A stretch of DNA of 64,000 nt, from contig JBMNIR010000005.1 of the NCBI GenBank assembly GCA_050951125.1, forward strand, positions 4,912 through 68,911. Direction: 5' to 3'. Of this stretch, positions 8,601-18,476 are shown piece after piece. The stretch's first letter is position 1. Every line of letters starts with the position of its first letter. The translations under genes were made by a program, and so were the position numbers. The DNA comes from Fermentimonas sp. GTDB taxonomy: Bacteria; Bacteroidota; Bacteroidia; Bacteroidales; Dysgonomonadaceae. The notes below the pieces were generated by a model. That model saw only the letters and a program-made list of their open reading frames with translations, had not been told where the DNA came from and searched no databases.

Positions 8601-9773
8601 ATGAAGAAAATTATAGATACAGAAAGAATACCCATTAAACTTTGGCTTGATGAGGTGGACGACCAAACGCTGTACCAGGCGAAAAACCTGGCCAATTTGC
8701 CGTTCGCCTTCAAGCATATTTGCCTGATGCCCGACGCACACTCGGGATACGGGATGCCCATCGGTGGAGTGATGGCTGCTGACAACGTGATCGTACCCAA
8801 TGCCGTGGGCGTGGATATAGGGTGTGGTATGTTAGCGGTGAAGACTGATGTAACATTTACGCCATCCATACGAAAAAAATTCGAAGATATCTTAGACGAT
8901 ATCAGAAGAAAGGTTCCGGTAGGCTTTTCGCACCATAAAAAGGCTCAAGACGAACGACTTATGCCCCAAAAATACGATCTGAAAAGCTTGCCCGTGGTAA
9001 AAACGGAATACGCATCGGCATTAAGGCAGCTGGGAACGCTTGGTGGAGGGAACCACTTTATCGAGGTCCAGAAAGACAGGGAGAACACCATTTGGATCAT
9101 GATTCACTCGGGCAGCCGGAACCTGGGCAAGCAGGTGGCAGACCACTACAACAGGCTCGCTAAAAAGCTGAACAAGCAGTGGGACTCGCCGGTAAACCCC
9201 AAAGTTGATCTCGCTTACCTACCCTTTAAAACCGATGAGGCGCACCAGTATTACAACGAGATGAACTATTGTGTTGATTTCGCGCTGGCCAACCGCAAGC
9301 TGATGCTCACAAGGGTACAGGAGGTGTTTCGCACCTATTTCCCCAACATCGCTTTTGGCGAGATAATCAACATTGCCCATAACTACGCCGCGTGGGAAAA
9401 ACATTTCGACAAGAAGGTGGTGGTACACCGCAAAGGCGCCACCTCCGCGCACAAAGGGGAGCTTGGCATTATACCCGGCTCGCAGGGCACAAGCTCCTAT
9501 ATCGTGGAGGGGTTGGGGAACCCGGAGAGCTTCGCGAGCTGCTCACATGGGGCTGGTCGCAAGATGGGGCGTAACGAGGCGATACGCTCCTTAAGCCTTG
9601 AGGAGGAGCAGCGCAAACTCGACAGGCTGGGCGTTCTTCACGCGATCAGAAGGAAAAAGGATTTGGATGAGGCACCTTCCGCGTACAAGAATATCGTTCG
9701 GGTTATGGCCGACCAGGAAGATTTGGTCAAAATCAAGGTAGAACTGTCGCCCCTGGCCGTGCTTAAGGGGTAG
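8601..9773 (+). CDS. rtcB: RtcB-family RNA 3-prime-phosphate ligase (short form)
   Basis: 390-aa ORF with RtcB motifs MPDAHSGYGMPIGG, GVDIGCGM, GGGNHFIE, HSGSRNLG and SCSHGAGR. Confidence 0.9.
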   Translation: MKKIIDTERIPIKLWLDEVDDQTLYQAKNLANLPFAFKHICLMPDAHSGYGMPIGGVMAADNVIVPNAVGVDIGCGMLAVKTDVTFTPSIRKKFEDILDDIRRKVPVGFSHHKKAQDERLMPQKYDLKSLPVVKTEYASALRQLGTLGGGNHFIEVQKDRENTIWIMIHSGSRNLGKQVADHYNRLAKKLNKQWDSPVNPKVDLAYLPFKTDEAHQYYNEMNYCVDFALANRKLMLTRVQEVFRTYFPNIAFGEIINIAHNYAAWEKHFDKKVVVHRKGATSAHKGELGIIPGSQGTSSYIVEGLGNPESFASCSHGAGRKMGRNEAIRSLSLEEEQRKLDRLGVLHAIRRKKDLDEAPSAYKNIVRVMADQEDLVKIKVELSPLAVLKG

Positions 9774-9792
9774 CTGGAAGCATTTCAAGAAG

Positions 9793-10650
9793 ATGGACAC
9801 GATTCGAAAACAGTTGACAGAAAAAACATACGAAACAGTATCCGGCATAATCCATTATTGGATTGACAAGATCGATGCCGATGTTGTGACATTGGTCTTT
9901 CTTCCGGGACTAACAGCAGACCACCGACTGTTTGAAAAACAGATTGAATACTTCAAGGGCACACTAAATGTTTTTGTCTGGGACCCTCCCGCCCATGCCT
10001 CTTCATGGCCATTCAAGTTCGATTTCAATTTGTTTGACAAAGCGAAATGGTTACATGAAATACTCGAGCGAGAAAAAATCACACGTCCTGTTATCGTCGG
10101 TCAATCGATGGGTTGCTACGTGGGGCAGGCTTTTGCCGAACTGTACCCTGAACAATTACAAGGCTTTATCTCCATCGATTCTGCCCCACTTCAAAGGAAG
10201 TACATCTCAGGCATAGAGCTTTGGCTGCTGAAAAGGATGGAGCCTATCTACCTATTGTACCCATGGAACTGTTTATTGAGGGATGGAACAAAAGGGACCG
10301 CGGAGTCCGAATACGGCAGAAAACTGATTTATGACATCATGATGGTTTACGATGGGGATAAGAAACGATACGCTAAACTTGCCGGACACGGTTTTAAAAT
10401 CCTTGCCGAAGCGTATGAAAAAGATTTGCCGTATGAGATCATCTGCCCCACCCTATTGATTTGCGGAGAAAAGGACAAGGCGGGCTCAACCCTTAGGTTT
10501 AACATGGCATGGCATAAGAACACCGGAATCCCTATTGAATGGATAAAAGATGCCGGTCATAACTCGAATACGGACAAACCGGAGATTGTCAATCAGTTAA
10601 TCGAAGGCTTTGTCCATAAAATTAACCTATCACCTCTCTCCTCTCAGTAG
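9793..10650 (+). CDS. Alpha/beta-fold hydrolase
   Basis: 285-aa ORF with nucleophile elbow GQSMGC and a C-terminal GH (DAGHNSN) typical of the fold. Confidence 0.8.
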   Translation: MDTIRKQLTEKTYETVSGIIHYWIDKIDADVVTLVFLPGLTADHRLFEKQIEYFKGTLNVFVWDPPAHASSWPFKFDFNLFDKAKWLHEILEREKITRPVIVGQSMGCYVGQAFAELYPEQLQGFISIDSAPLQRKYISGIELWLLKRMEPIYLLYPWNCLLRDGTKGTAESEYGRKLIYDIMMVYDGDKKRYAKLAGHGFKILAEAYEKDLPYEIICPTLLICGEKDKAGSTLRFNMAWHKNTGIPIEWIKDAGHNSNTDKPEIVNQLIEGFVHKINLSPLSSQ

Positions 10651-10671
10651 AGTGGCTGAACACTGAAGTAA

Positions 10672-13059
10672 CTACAATGAAAAGTTAACCCTATAGGTAA
10701 CCATGGGCATAAATCCCTGCAACAGTATCTCTGTATAGGTACCTTTATCAATGTCAAACGATAGACCAAAAATATTTTTCCGATTGGTTACGTTTTGCAA
10801 GTCAATAGCCAATTCGTCGGTAACCCGTTTCCTGTTTTTCCTATAACCTATTCGTAAGTCTGTTCTGAAATAATGACGTACTTGCAACTCATTTACACGG
10901 CTGTTATCGAACACCAATTTGCGCTGCTGCTTACTCTCCTCCTCAAATACGGGAGTATAGCGTGTGCCACCTGCCAATGAGCTTTTTACATCGGCAAAAA
11001 GCGTCCACCCTTTCTTCAGCGGCAACTCGTAACCCGAGGCAAGGTTAAAAAGGTATTTCCCGTCGAAAACGGTACTCCACTCCTTTTTATTAAACCCGTT
11101 CGTGTAGGTCGACCGGTAAAACGTGGAGTTAAACAGCAGGTAGTAGTTGTTACTCATGAACTTTTCAATGGTGAACTCCACCCCGTAGTTTTTACCCGTT
11201 CCCTTATTCACCAGGTTTCCCTCCCGCATGATCACGTTATCACCTGCCCCACCCGCCTGCAAAATAGTATACGTTTCATCGGGGTCGTTTTTCACGGGAA
11301 TATTGTAGAGGTGTTGATAGTAAGCCTCTGCTTTCACATGCCAATCGGGAGCAAATCCCCAGTCGTACGAGAAATCGACATGGGCGCTCTTCATAAATCC
11401 CAACTGCTTGTTGCTATGTTCAATATCACCATGCGGGGAAAGCGTTCTGATAAAGTAGAACGAGCGGGGAATCATCTGGCTATACAGTCCACCTGCCAAC
11501 GCGAAGGTGTGCTTTTCGGCGGGTCTGTAGCGTGTACCCAACCGGGGTTCCACCGCGTAGGTTTGATTAAAATCGAGGTACATCCCGTGCAAACCGCTCG
11601 TCAGTAACAACTTAGACGTCACATTTTTCCTGTACTGCGCGTAAGCCCGCCAAAGGCTGAAAGCCCCTTTCTTATCAACGTTGGTGAACAGTCCCCTCTC
11701 ATCGCTGAATGACTCTTTTTCCAGGTAATTCACATCATACAAATCATACTTCACCCCATTTTCGATTGACGAAGTGTAGGAGAAACGATGTTCTATCTTA
11801 GCGTAGAGCGAATATTTATCTTCCAATGCCCGCTCATCCCACAGCGTTTTCCACTCGGCATTCGGCTGTCTCAGAGACATCGTATCCACAGGCATATGGG
11901 TATCGCTTCTCACGAAGGAAAGCAGCGTGGTTAGCTTTGTTTTCGGTGTAAAATCAACGGTGTGCGTGGCTCCAAGAACGTATGTTTTGGCATCTATCTT
12001 GATACGTTGATCAAACTTCCCAAGTAAATCGTCATCAAATTCAACTATTCCCACTTCCGATGCAACAAATTCAATTCCGCTGATACCAAATAATCCAATG
12101 ACAGAAAGATGATTGTTCTTGTTGATATCAAAGTCGAGCTTCATGGAAAGGTCTTGATATTTAGGTGTTATACCTGAATAAAAACCCATCTTCTCCATCA
12201 AGTCCGGGATAGAATACCTATACGAAACCAGGTAGGAGGAGGTGCTCTTCTTGGAAAAATAACCTTCAGACCCAAGTTCAAAACCGTTAAAGCCCGTTTG
12301 TCCCCAAAACTCATGTTTTTGATTATTTCCCTTTCTCATCTTCAAGTCGAAAATTCCCGCCATCGCATTACCGTAAGGGGCCGGCCATGCGCTCATGTGG
12401 AAGTCTGAATTCGATAGCAGATTGGTGTTCAGCATCGTAACCTGCCCTCCTGTCATACCTACACCGGTATTAAAGTGATTCAAGTTAGGAATTTCCACCC
12501 CTTCGAGAACCCACTGAACACCTATTGGAGAGTTACCCCTGATAATGATATCGTTGCGTGAATCGTTGGCAGGGATAACTCCCGGGAAGCTACGCACCAT
12601 ACGCGCCGGGTCACCCAGCGAGCCGGCGAACCGAAAGGTCTCCTCCGTACTGAACGTCCTGGCTCCCGTAACGCTTAGCTTGTTGATGGGCTGACTTTTA
12701 TCGTGCCTTGCAATCACCTCCACGTCTTGCAGTTCAATGGTAGAGGGCACCATAACCATGTTTAGCACCACCTCCTTACCGGTATTCACCAGTATATCAA
12801 CCTCTTCAGAGAAGAAGCCCACGCAACTGAAACGCAGTCTTTGTCTCCCCACGGGAACGCTAAAAGCGAAATGGCCATCTTCGTCCGTTACCGTTCCTAT
12901 AACCGGGTCGCTCCCTTCAACGTACACGGAAACCTGAAACAGTTCAACGTTGGGATCGGCCGAGAGCACCTCGCCCCTGACTATCTCCGTTAAATCATTT
13001 TGCGCAATAACTGCTGATACTGATATAAATAGTACCAATGACAACCACAATCTTTTCAT
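10672..13059 (-). CDS. TonB-dependent-receptor-like outer-membrane protein with an N-terminal carboxypeptidase-regulatory-like domain
   Basis: 795-aa ORF with a signal peptide. It has a plug-like segment GDPARMVRSFPGVIPANDSRNDIIIRGNSPIGVQWVLEGVEIPN and a long barrel region. It is a paralog of the next gene. Confidence 0.75.
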   Translation of the reverse strand: MKRLWLSLVLFISVSAVIAQNDLTEIVRGEVLSADPNVELFQVSVYVEGSDPVIGTVTDEDGHFAFSVPVGRQRLRFSCVGFFSEEVDILVNTGKEVVLNMVMVPSTIELQDVEVIARHDKSQPINKLSVTGARTFSTEETFRFAGSLGDPARMVRSFPGVIPANDSRNDIIIRGNSPIGVQWVLEGVEIPNLNHFNTGVGMTGGQVTMLNTNLLSNSDFHMSAWPAPYGNAMAGIFDLKMRKGNNQKHEFWGQTGFNGFELGSEGYFSKKSTSSYLVSYRYSIPDLMEKMGFYSGITPKYQDLSMKLDFDINKNNHLSVIGLFGISGIEFVASEVGIVEFDDDLLGKFDQRIKIDAKTYVLGATHTVDFTPKTKLTTLLSFVRSDTHMPVDTMSLRQPNAEWKTLWDERALEDKYSLYAKIEHRFSYTSSIENGVKYDLYDVNYLEKESFSDERGLFTNVDKKGAFSLWRAYAQYRKNVTSKLLLTSGLHGMYLDFNQTYAVEPRLGTRYRPAEKHTFALAGGLYSQMIPRSFYFIRTLSPHGDIEHSNKQLGFMKSAHVDFSYDWGFAPDWHVKAEAYYQHLYNIPVKNDPDETYTILQAGGAGDNVIMREGNLVNKGTGKNYGVEFTIEKFMSNNYYLLFNSTFYRSTYTNGFNKKEWSTVFDGKYLFNLASGYELPLKKGWTLFADVKSSLAGGTRYTPVFEEESKQQRKLVFDNSRVNELQVRHYFRTDLRIGYRKNRKRVTDELAIDLQNVTNRKNIFGLSFDIDKGTYTEILLQGFMPMVTYRVNFSL

Positions 13060-13189
13060 ACGATTATTTAATTATTTTACATTTCGGTGTATGAGAACTA
13101 TTCCGTTAAGCCAAATGAGCAGAAGACAAGTTTACTTGGATTATGCCATGGCGAGGAATAGTCTAACTTTAGTGAACCTTTGATGTTTA

Positions 13190-15529
13190 TTAAAAATATA
13201 ACCTAAACATACCCCCGGGCATAATACCCATTTGATAATCAGTTTTTATAGTTTCTGTTTCGGCGTCGTAAATTTGTCGCCAAATATTCTTTCGGTTCGT
13301 GATATTGGTAAGTTCGAGCCCCGTTTCATAACTCATTTTCTTCATATTGACACGGTATAACAGCTTAATATTTGCTTTAAAGAAATCCGGATTTTTGTCC
13401 CTATAAGCATTTTCATAATCGTAAACCGTGTAACCATCAATTTTTGATTTCTCTATATCTATCGGGATATTGCGCAATCCTCCCGCGTAAATTACATTCG
13501 CGTTTACCGTCAATGATTGTTGCTTGGGCAATTTAAATTCGTAACCGCCAAGTGCATTGAAAATATAATGGCTGTTATAAATGGTGTTTCGCCAGACGTT
13601 GTCTGACGCCAAATATTTTGAATTAAACAGCGATGCCGTTATCAACAAATAGTAATTATCGGAAAAATATTTCTCCAATGTGAATTCAACACCCCAGTTT
13701 TTCCCTTTACCCCGGTTCACCAAGCTGTCGTTGACAATCTCGTAAAAATCAGCGCCATAATTTATCACCGAATAGTGTGATGGTTTCATCTCTACCGGGA
13801 TGTTGAACAGGTTTTGATAATAAAATTCGGTTTTCAAATTAAAATTCCCTCCAAAATTCAGGTTATAACCCAATACGAAGTGATGACTTTTTGAAAAATC
13901 CAAATCGGTATTGGTCAGCCTATATGTTTGGCGTATAGTATCCGTAAGCGTTTGGTGAAAGTATATGTTCCCGGGGTGAGTTTGAGAATGAAGGCCATAG
14001 GCAAAACTAATATGACTACGTTGATCGGGTGAATATTTAATGGCTGCTCGAGGTTCTGCAGAAAATGAATGATTCAACAGTGAAAATTGAGAAAAGAGTC
14101 CCAAAGTCGTTTCGAGTTTCTCATTAAAACTATGTTGGTATTGAGCATTCAACTGCGCGAGTCCGTAGTCCCCACTGTTTTTAGTACCATAAACGTATTG
14201 ATGTTGAATTCTTGCACTATCCGCGAAATGTATAAATGAATGGATATAAGATGCTCCGGCAATGATTCTGTTTTTCGGGTCGAAACGGTATCTGTATTGG
14301 GTTGTGGCGATGAATTTGTTTTCACTGTAATCACCCCCAAAGAAATGAAAGTCATTACCGTTATTGAAAACACTATCCACAGCTACGCTTGATTTGGAGG
14401 TTGTAAAAGCCAATGAAGTTCGCAAGTTGGATTTTGAATTCATGAAGTTTTTCATGGTTATCGAGGTTACATTTGTCTGCCCCCCCATTTCTGTTCTAAG
14501 ATTTTTGGTGAAATTCAACGTGTTTTTGTCGGGTTCCAATGTCATTGAACAAATACCACCTAAGCCCCACAACGACAGGGAAGTTTTACCGAATGTAAAA
14601 TCAGATTTGAAGGTTACATCCTGATATTTAGGTATCGAGGGCGTATCGAACTTTATCCCGATTTTGTCGAAAAGCTCTAAAAAAGCGTAGCGGTAGTTCA
14701 CCATGAAGCTTGATTTTTCGTTTTTAGAAAGTGGACCTTCAAAGCCCGCTTCCAGACCGCCTGTACCCATTTGAAGGGTATATTCAAAATTATCGCTGTT
14801 CCCTTTTCGCATGGCTAAATCAAACGCCCCTGAAGTGGCGTTCCCATATTGAGCCGGGAAGGCACCCGTCAAAAAATCGGAATTGGATAACTGATTGTTA
14901 TTCAGCATCGAAATGGCACCCCCGTTGGTCCCTATGGTGGCAAAATGGTTGGGGTTGGGAATGGGGATTCCTTCCAGCATATAGAGTAATCCAAGCGGTG
15001 AATTTCCCCTGATGATGATATCATTACGAGAATCACCCGTTGCCTGCACACCGGCAAAATAGGAAGCCATCCTCGCGGGATCGCCACTTGTCCCGGCATA
15101 CCGCTCTGTCTCTTTCACATCGAAAGAGCGTGAACTTACGTAAGCCAACTCGTTGTTCACCTCACCCTGTTTTCTTGCCACTACAGTTACTTCCGCCAAG
15201 CTTTGAATGGATTGCTCCATTTTTATTTCGACTTCAAGCGCTTTTCCACTGGCCAGTATCAGGTTGTTCGCGAAATAGGGCTCATAACCCACATGGTTGA
15301 TTTGCAAATTCACCCTACCCGCTTTTACCTTTTCAAAACTAAACTTTCCCTCAAGATTGGAAGTGGTGTATAAGATCAACGTGTCCACAGTGAGCTCGAT
15401 CGTGGCATGGACCAATGTTTCACCCGTGAAAGCATCTTTAACTACACCTTTCACGGTATTGGTGAAATTCTGAGAATATGCATGCGCGCAAAACAAAACA
15501 AGGATGGCTGTGATAAAATAATTCCTCAT
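13190..15529 (-). CDS. TonB-dependent-receptor-like outer-membrane protein, paralog 2
   Basis: ORF 13190-15568. I prefer the ATG at 15529 (MRNYFITAILVLFCAHAYSQ signal peptide). It has the plug-like segment GDPARMASYFAGVQATGDSRNDIIIRGNSPLG and ends in ...RLYF. Confidence 0.75.
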   Translation of the reverse strand: MRNYFITAILVLFCAHAYSQNFTNTVKGVVKDAFTGETLVHATIELTVDTLILYTTSNLEGKFSFEKVKAGRVNLQINHVGYEPYFANNLILASGKALEVEIKMEQSIQSLAEVTVVARKQGEVNNELAYVSSRSFDVKETERYAGTSGDPARMASYFAGVQATGDSRNDIIIRGNSPLGLLYMLEGIPIPNPNHFATIGTNGGAISMLNNNQLSNSDFLTGAFPAQYGNATSGAFDLAMRKGNSDNFEYTLQMGTGGLEAGFEGPLSKNEKSSFMVNYRYAFLELFDKIGIKFDTPSIPKYQDVTFKSDFTFGKTSLSLWGLGGICSMTLEPDKNTLNFTKNLRTEMGGQTNVTSITMKNFMNSKSNLRTSLAFTTSKSSVAVDSVFNNGNDFHFFGGDYSENKFIATTQYRYRFDPKNRIIAGASYIHSFIHFADSARIQHQYVYGTKNSGDYGLAQLNAQYQHSFNEKLETTLGLFSQFSLLNHSFSAEPRAAIKYSPDQRSHISFAYGLHSQTHPGNIYFHQTLTDTIRQTYRLTNTDLDFSKSHHFVLGYNLNFGGNFNLKTEFYYQNLFNIPVEMKPSHYSVINYGADFYEIVNDSLVNRGKGKNWGVEFTLEKYFSDNYYLLITASLFNSKYLASDNVWRNTIYNSHYIFNALGGYEFKLPKQQSLTVNANVIYAGGLRNIPIDIEKSKIDGYTVYDYENAYRDKNPDFFKANIKLLYRVNMKKMSYETGLELTNITNRKNIWRQIYDAETETIKTDYQMGIMPGGMFRLYF

Positions 15530-15577
15530 TGTTGTCAATGTCATATTACTAGAAAATCGATACTCCAAAAGGTAGCG

Positions 15578-16033
15578 TTAATCTGCCTTTTGCCTTACAG
15601 AATAGTGCTGACGCATGGGCTTTAAAAGCACTACCACCAACAGCAACACACCATAGAAAAAATAAAATGAATGTAGCCAATGAAATCCTCGCATGAAATA
15701 GACCTCCATGTAAATCCAAATAACAAGCGCGAAACCGGTGTACACCGACCACGACCATGACCAATGCATATCGGGATATATGTTTACCAGCTGTGCCAAC
15801 TTACAATCCTTGCGCTTGATGAGTCCCCAGACAACGAAAATCGGCATCAGCCCATGTACGGTGAATAAAATCAGCCCGGGTATCAGAAAATTTTTAAATG
15901 GCGAATGTTGCAGCATTAACTCCGGTGTCATTCCCATCCATCCTTCAGGAAATAATAAGAAAGCTCCGCCACCAAATAAAGCCCCAACTGAAAGGAACAG
16001 TAAAAGAGCAACCAATAGATTTCTTGTTTTCAT
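15578..16033 (-). CDS. Small integral membrane protein (about 4 TM helices), function unknown
   Basis: 151-aa hydrophobic ORF. Its start lies 4 nt after the stop of the upstream CPBP gene. Confidence 0.6.
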   Translation of the reverse strand: MKTRNLLVALLLFLSVGALFGGGAFLLFPEGWMGMTPELMLQHSPFKNFLIPGLILFTVHGLMPIFVVWGLIKRKDCKLAQLVNIYPDMHWSWSWSVYTGFALVIWIYMEVYFMRGFHWLHSFYFFYGVLLLVVVLLKPMRQHYSVRQKAD

Positions 16034-16037
16034 AAAA

Positions 16038-16732
16038 TCAGGGCGTTAATGTTGTTACTAACGCCGTTATTAGCCCCATCAAGTTACCTCCCATATGGAC
16101 AATAATCGCGTACGCATTGTTATCATATTTTTCTTGATAATAACCGGCAATCAATCCAAGAACGAAGGTGAATACCAGCGTTCTAACGATGAAAAAAGCG
16201 TTTGCACCTGATTTTATCAGGATTAAATGCGCTAAACTAAATGCAAGAGCAGCAATAATTACCGGAACGCTAATATGCCTCTTAAATAATTTTATCCCCT
16301 TACTTTTCAGTGGATTTAATATGTTCTGAAAAAGCCCCTAAACAAAACCTCCTCTGCCACGCTTGCACAGATGAATATAAAGAGGAAAAACTGCAATGGG
16401 GACATTACATCAAAGGCAAAATGGGACTCGACCTCGCCTCCCAAGCCTTTCGTCAGAGCTACCATCAGGGTATTGACGATCACCGCCGCCAAGAAGCCAA
16501 ACAGAATTGGCTTCAGTGTCTTTTTGAACTTTGGCCATGCAATGTTATACTTCACATGTTTTTTTAAACCGAAAATAAAAGCAATGGAAAGTACCAGCAT
16601 AGTCGTGTGCGTTACAAACGAGTAAGGAAGAAAATCAACATTCAACTTGATGATTCTACCCGCTAAAGTGGCTAATACGAACGCTATTATTGTTAAAAGC
16701 GTCCCATAAATGATTCGTTCACTATTTTTCAT
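16038..16732 (-). pseudogene. CPBP-family (CAAX/Abi) intramembrane glutamic protease, split by a 1-nt frameshift
   Basis: ORF 16316-16732 ends ...AEEVLFRGFFRTY* just after the EExxxR motif. The next frame continues QNILNPLKSKG...AALAFSLAHLILI...IVHMGGNLMG to the stop at 16038, which supplies the second and third CPBP motifs. The frames join if the A5 run 16329-16333 gains one base. Confidence 0.7.
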
Positions 16733-16795
16733 TTCTCTGTTCCTCCATTTTTATTTTGTTCAACAATTGTTGTTATTCAAAAATCAATATCGTTC

Positions 16796-17548
16796 TCACA
16801 ACTGGTCGGCACCAATATTTCTCTCCTGAATAAGGGGATTGATATACCTATCTTTTTTACGTCTGTTTTTATACACTATCGCCTTCTCCGGGCAGCGGTG
16901 GTAGCAGCTCAAACAGGCAACACATTTATCGCTAAAGACGATGTGCTCGTTTTCACGCTTGATGTTGCCGACCGGACATATTCTAATACATTTCTGACAA
17001 TTGTTACAATCCTCCGTGATACTGAAATGTGTAGCCAGCATATGCCATTTTTCGCGGTTTGCAAGATGTTTTGGGGTCCATCTATCTTTCTTAGGCTTCG
17101 GAATGATAATCTCTTTATCATCCCGGATGGTACCAATAACAGGTATTAAACGCTCAGGAGCCATCCGTAGAGCGCTTTTTATGGCAAACTTTGGCTGAGA
17201 AAAGGTCAAGGTGTAAATTTCGGGCATCATAACAACCTGAACGGAGCGAATGTTAAGCCCGATTTCTTTGCAAAGTTGATAAGCAAAGTATGGGGCATTG
17301 GCTTGCAATCCACCACAATTGAGTACAATGTACAGTGGCCTGGCAGATTTCATATTGGCAATAAAATTATACACAAGTGTAGGTAAGCCATAACTATGGA
17401 TAGGAGAAACAATGATAATCTTATCATACAGGTTCACCTCCCCTGTAAACTTGGGAATATAGCGGATTTCGCCACCTAATTCAGTTTTAATTTGCTCCGC
17501 GATAAAAAGACTATTGCCCGTTGATGAAAAATAGAATATTCCGTTCAT
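16796..17548 (-). CDS. Flavodoxin-like domain fused to a 2x[4Fe-4S] ferredoxin domain (EFR1-type)
   Basis: 250-aa ORF with N-terminal MNGIFYFSSTGNSLFIAE (flavodoxin-like). It has two cluster motifs, CNNCQKCIRICP and CVACLSCYHRCP. Confidence 0.75.
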   Translation of the reverse strand: MNGIFYFSSTGNSLFIAEQIKTELGGEIRYIPKFTGEVNLYDKIIIVSPIHSYGLPTLVYNFIANMKSARPLYIVLNCGGLQANAPYFAYQLCKEIGLNIRSVQVVMMPEIYTLTFSQPKFAIKSALRMAPERLIPVIGTIRDDKEIIIPKPKKDRWTPKHLANREKWHMLATHFSITEDCNNCQKCIRICPVGNIKRENEHIVFSDKCVACLSCYHRCPEKAIVYKNRRKKDRYINPLIQERNIGADQL

Positions 17549-17563
17549 TTTATAATCCTCCTT

Positions 17564-18457
17564 TTAATGATATGTATATATGAAATCATCCAATGCTTTA
17601 TCTATCTCTTCACTATGCCCCTTCATCATATGCCCCCCATCAGGAAAGGTTACTAATGTGAGATTTGGAAAGCGATGTTTGGCTGCTTCAACCTTCTTAA
17701 AACTTGCTACATTATCATCTTCTGAATGAACAATTAAAGTCGGTACTTTTAATTCCTCAATAGGATACTCCTCAAAATTCCTTTCCATATCCGGATTGGT
17801 TACTTTCCCATCAATAACTACCCCCTCTTTTCTTTCCGCAATAGGCATAATATCTTTTACGGTTGATATCGGCATGCCTAATACCAGGGGCATAAGCGGA
17901 CTGATTAAATACATGGCGTAATTAGATAGAAGTGGTTCTGGAGGCGCTTGATATTCCAGATATTTATCTGGCCTTTCATTGACTGGCATAGCTGAACAAT
18001 ATAATATTAACCCTTTTACTCGTTCCGGATAATCTAATGCAAAACGAATAGCCGGAGTACCTCCGGCGGAAGTTCCTAAAACAAAAACCTGTTCAATCTC
18101 AAAACTGTCTAACAACTCATTAAAAACCTTAGCTTGTTGCCTTGGTGTAGCATCTTCCTTTAAAGAAGAACCCAAATATCCAAAACGGGATGGTGCGATA
18201 ACGCGATTTTTCCCGACTCTGCTCTTTATATTCTCGTAAGCTTGGTCAAAACCACCAAAAATTCCGTGAACAGACAGAATAACTTCTCCTTCTCCTTCAT
18301 CTATATAGGTGACTTTGCCGTACGATAAATTCAGTTCTCTTTTATCGTACGCATTCAATTTGTCCTTAACTTTCCCTAAATCCAAATAGCACCTAACACC
18401 CTGTATTAGAAGGTAAGTGGCTAATAGTATTATGATAACAACCAGGACTTTCTTCAT
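17564..18457 (-). CDS. Membrane-anchored alpha/beta-fold hydrolase
   Basis: 297-aa ORF with an N-terminal TM helix, nucleophile elbow GTSAGG and C-terminal DGGHMM. Confidence 0.8.
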   Translation of the reverse strand: MKKVLVVIIILLATYLLIQGVRCYLDLGKVKDKLNAYDKRELNLSYGKVTYIDEGEGEVILSVHGIFGGFDQAYENIKSRVGKNRVIAPSRFGYLGSSLKEDATPRQQAKVFNELLDSFEIEQVFVLGTSAGGTPAIRFALDYPERVKGLILYCSAMPVNERPDKYLEYQAPPEPLLSNYAMYLISPLMPLVLGMPISTVKDIMPIAERKEGVVIDGKVTNPDMERNFEEYPIEELKVPTLIVHSEDDNVASFKKVEAAKHRFPNLTLVTFPDGGHMMKGHSEEIDKALDDFIYTYH

Positions 18458-18476
18458 ATTCTTTTCAACTTACTAT

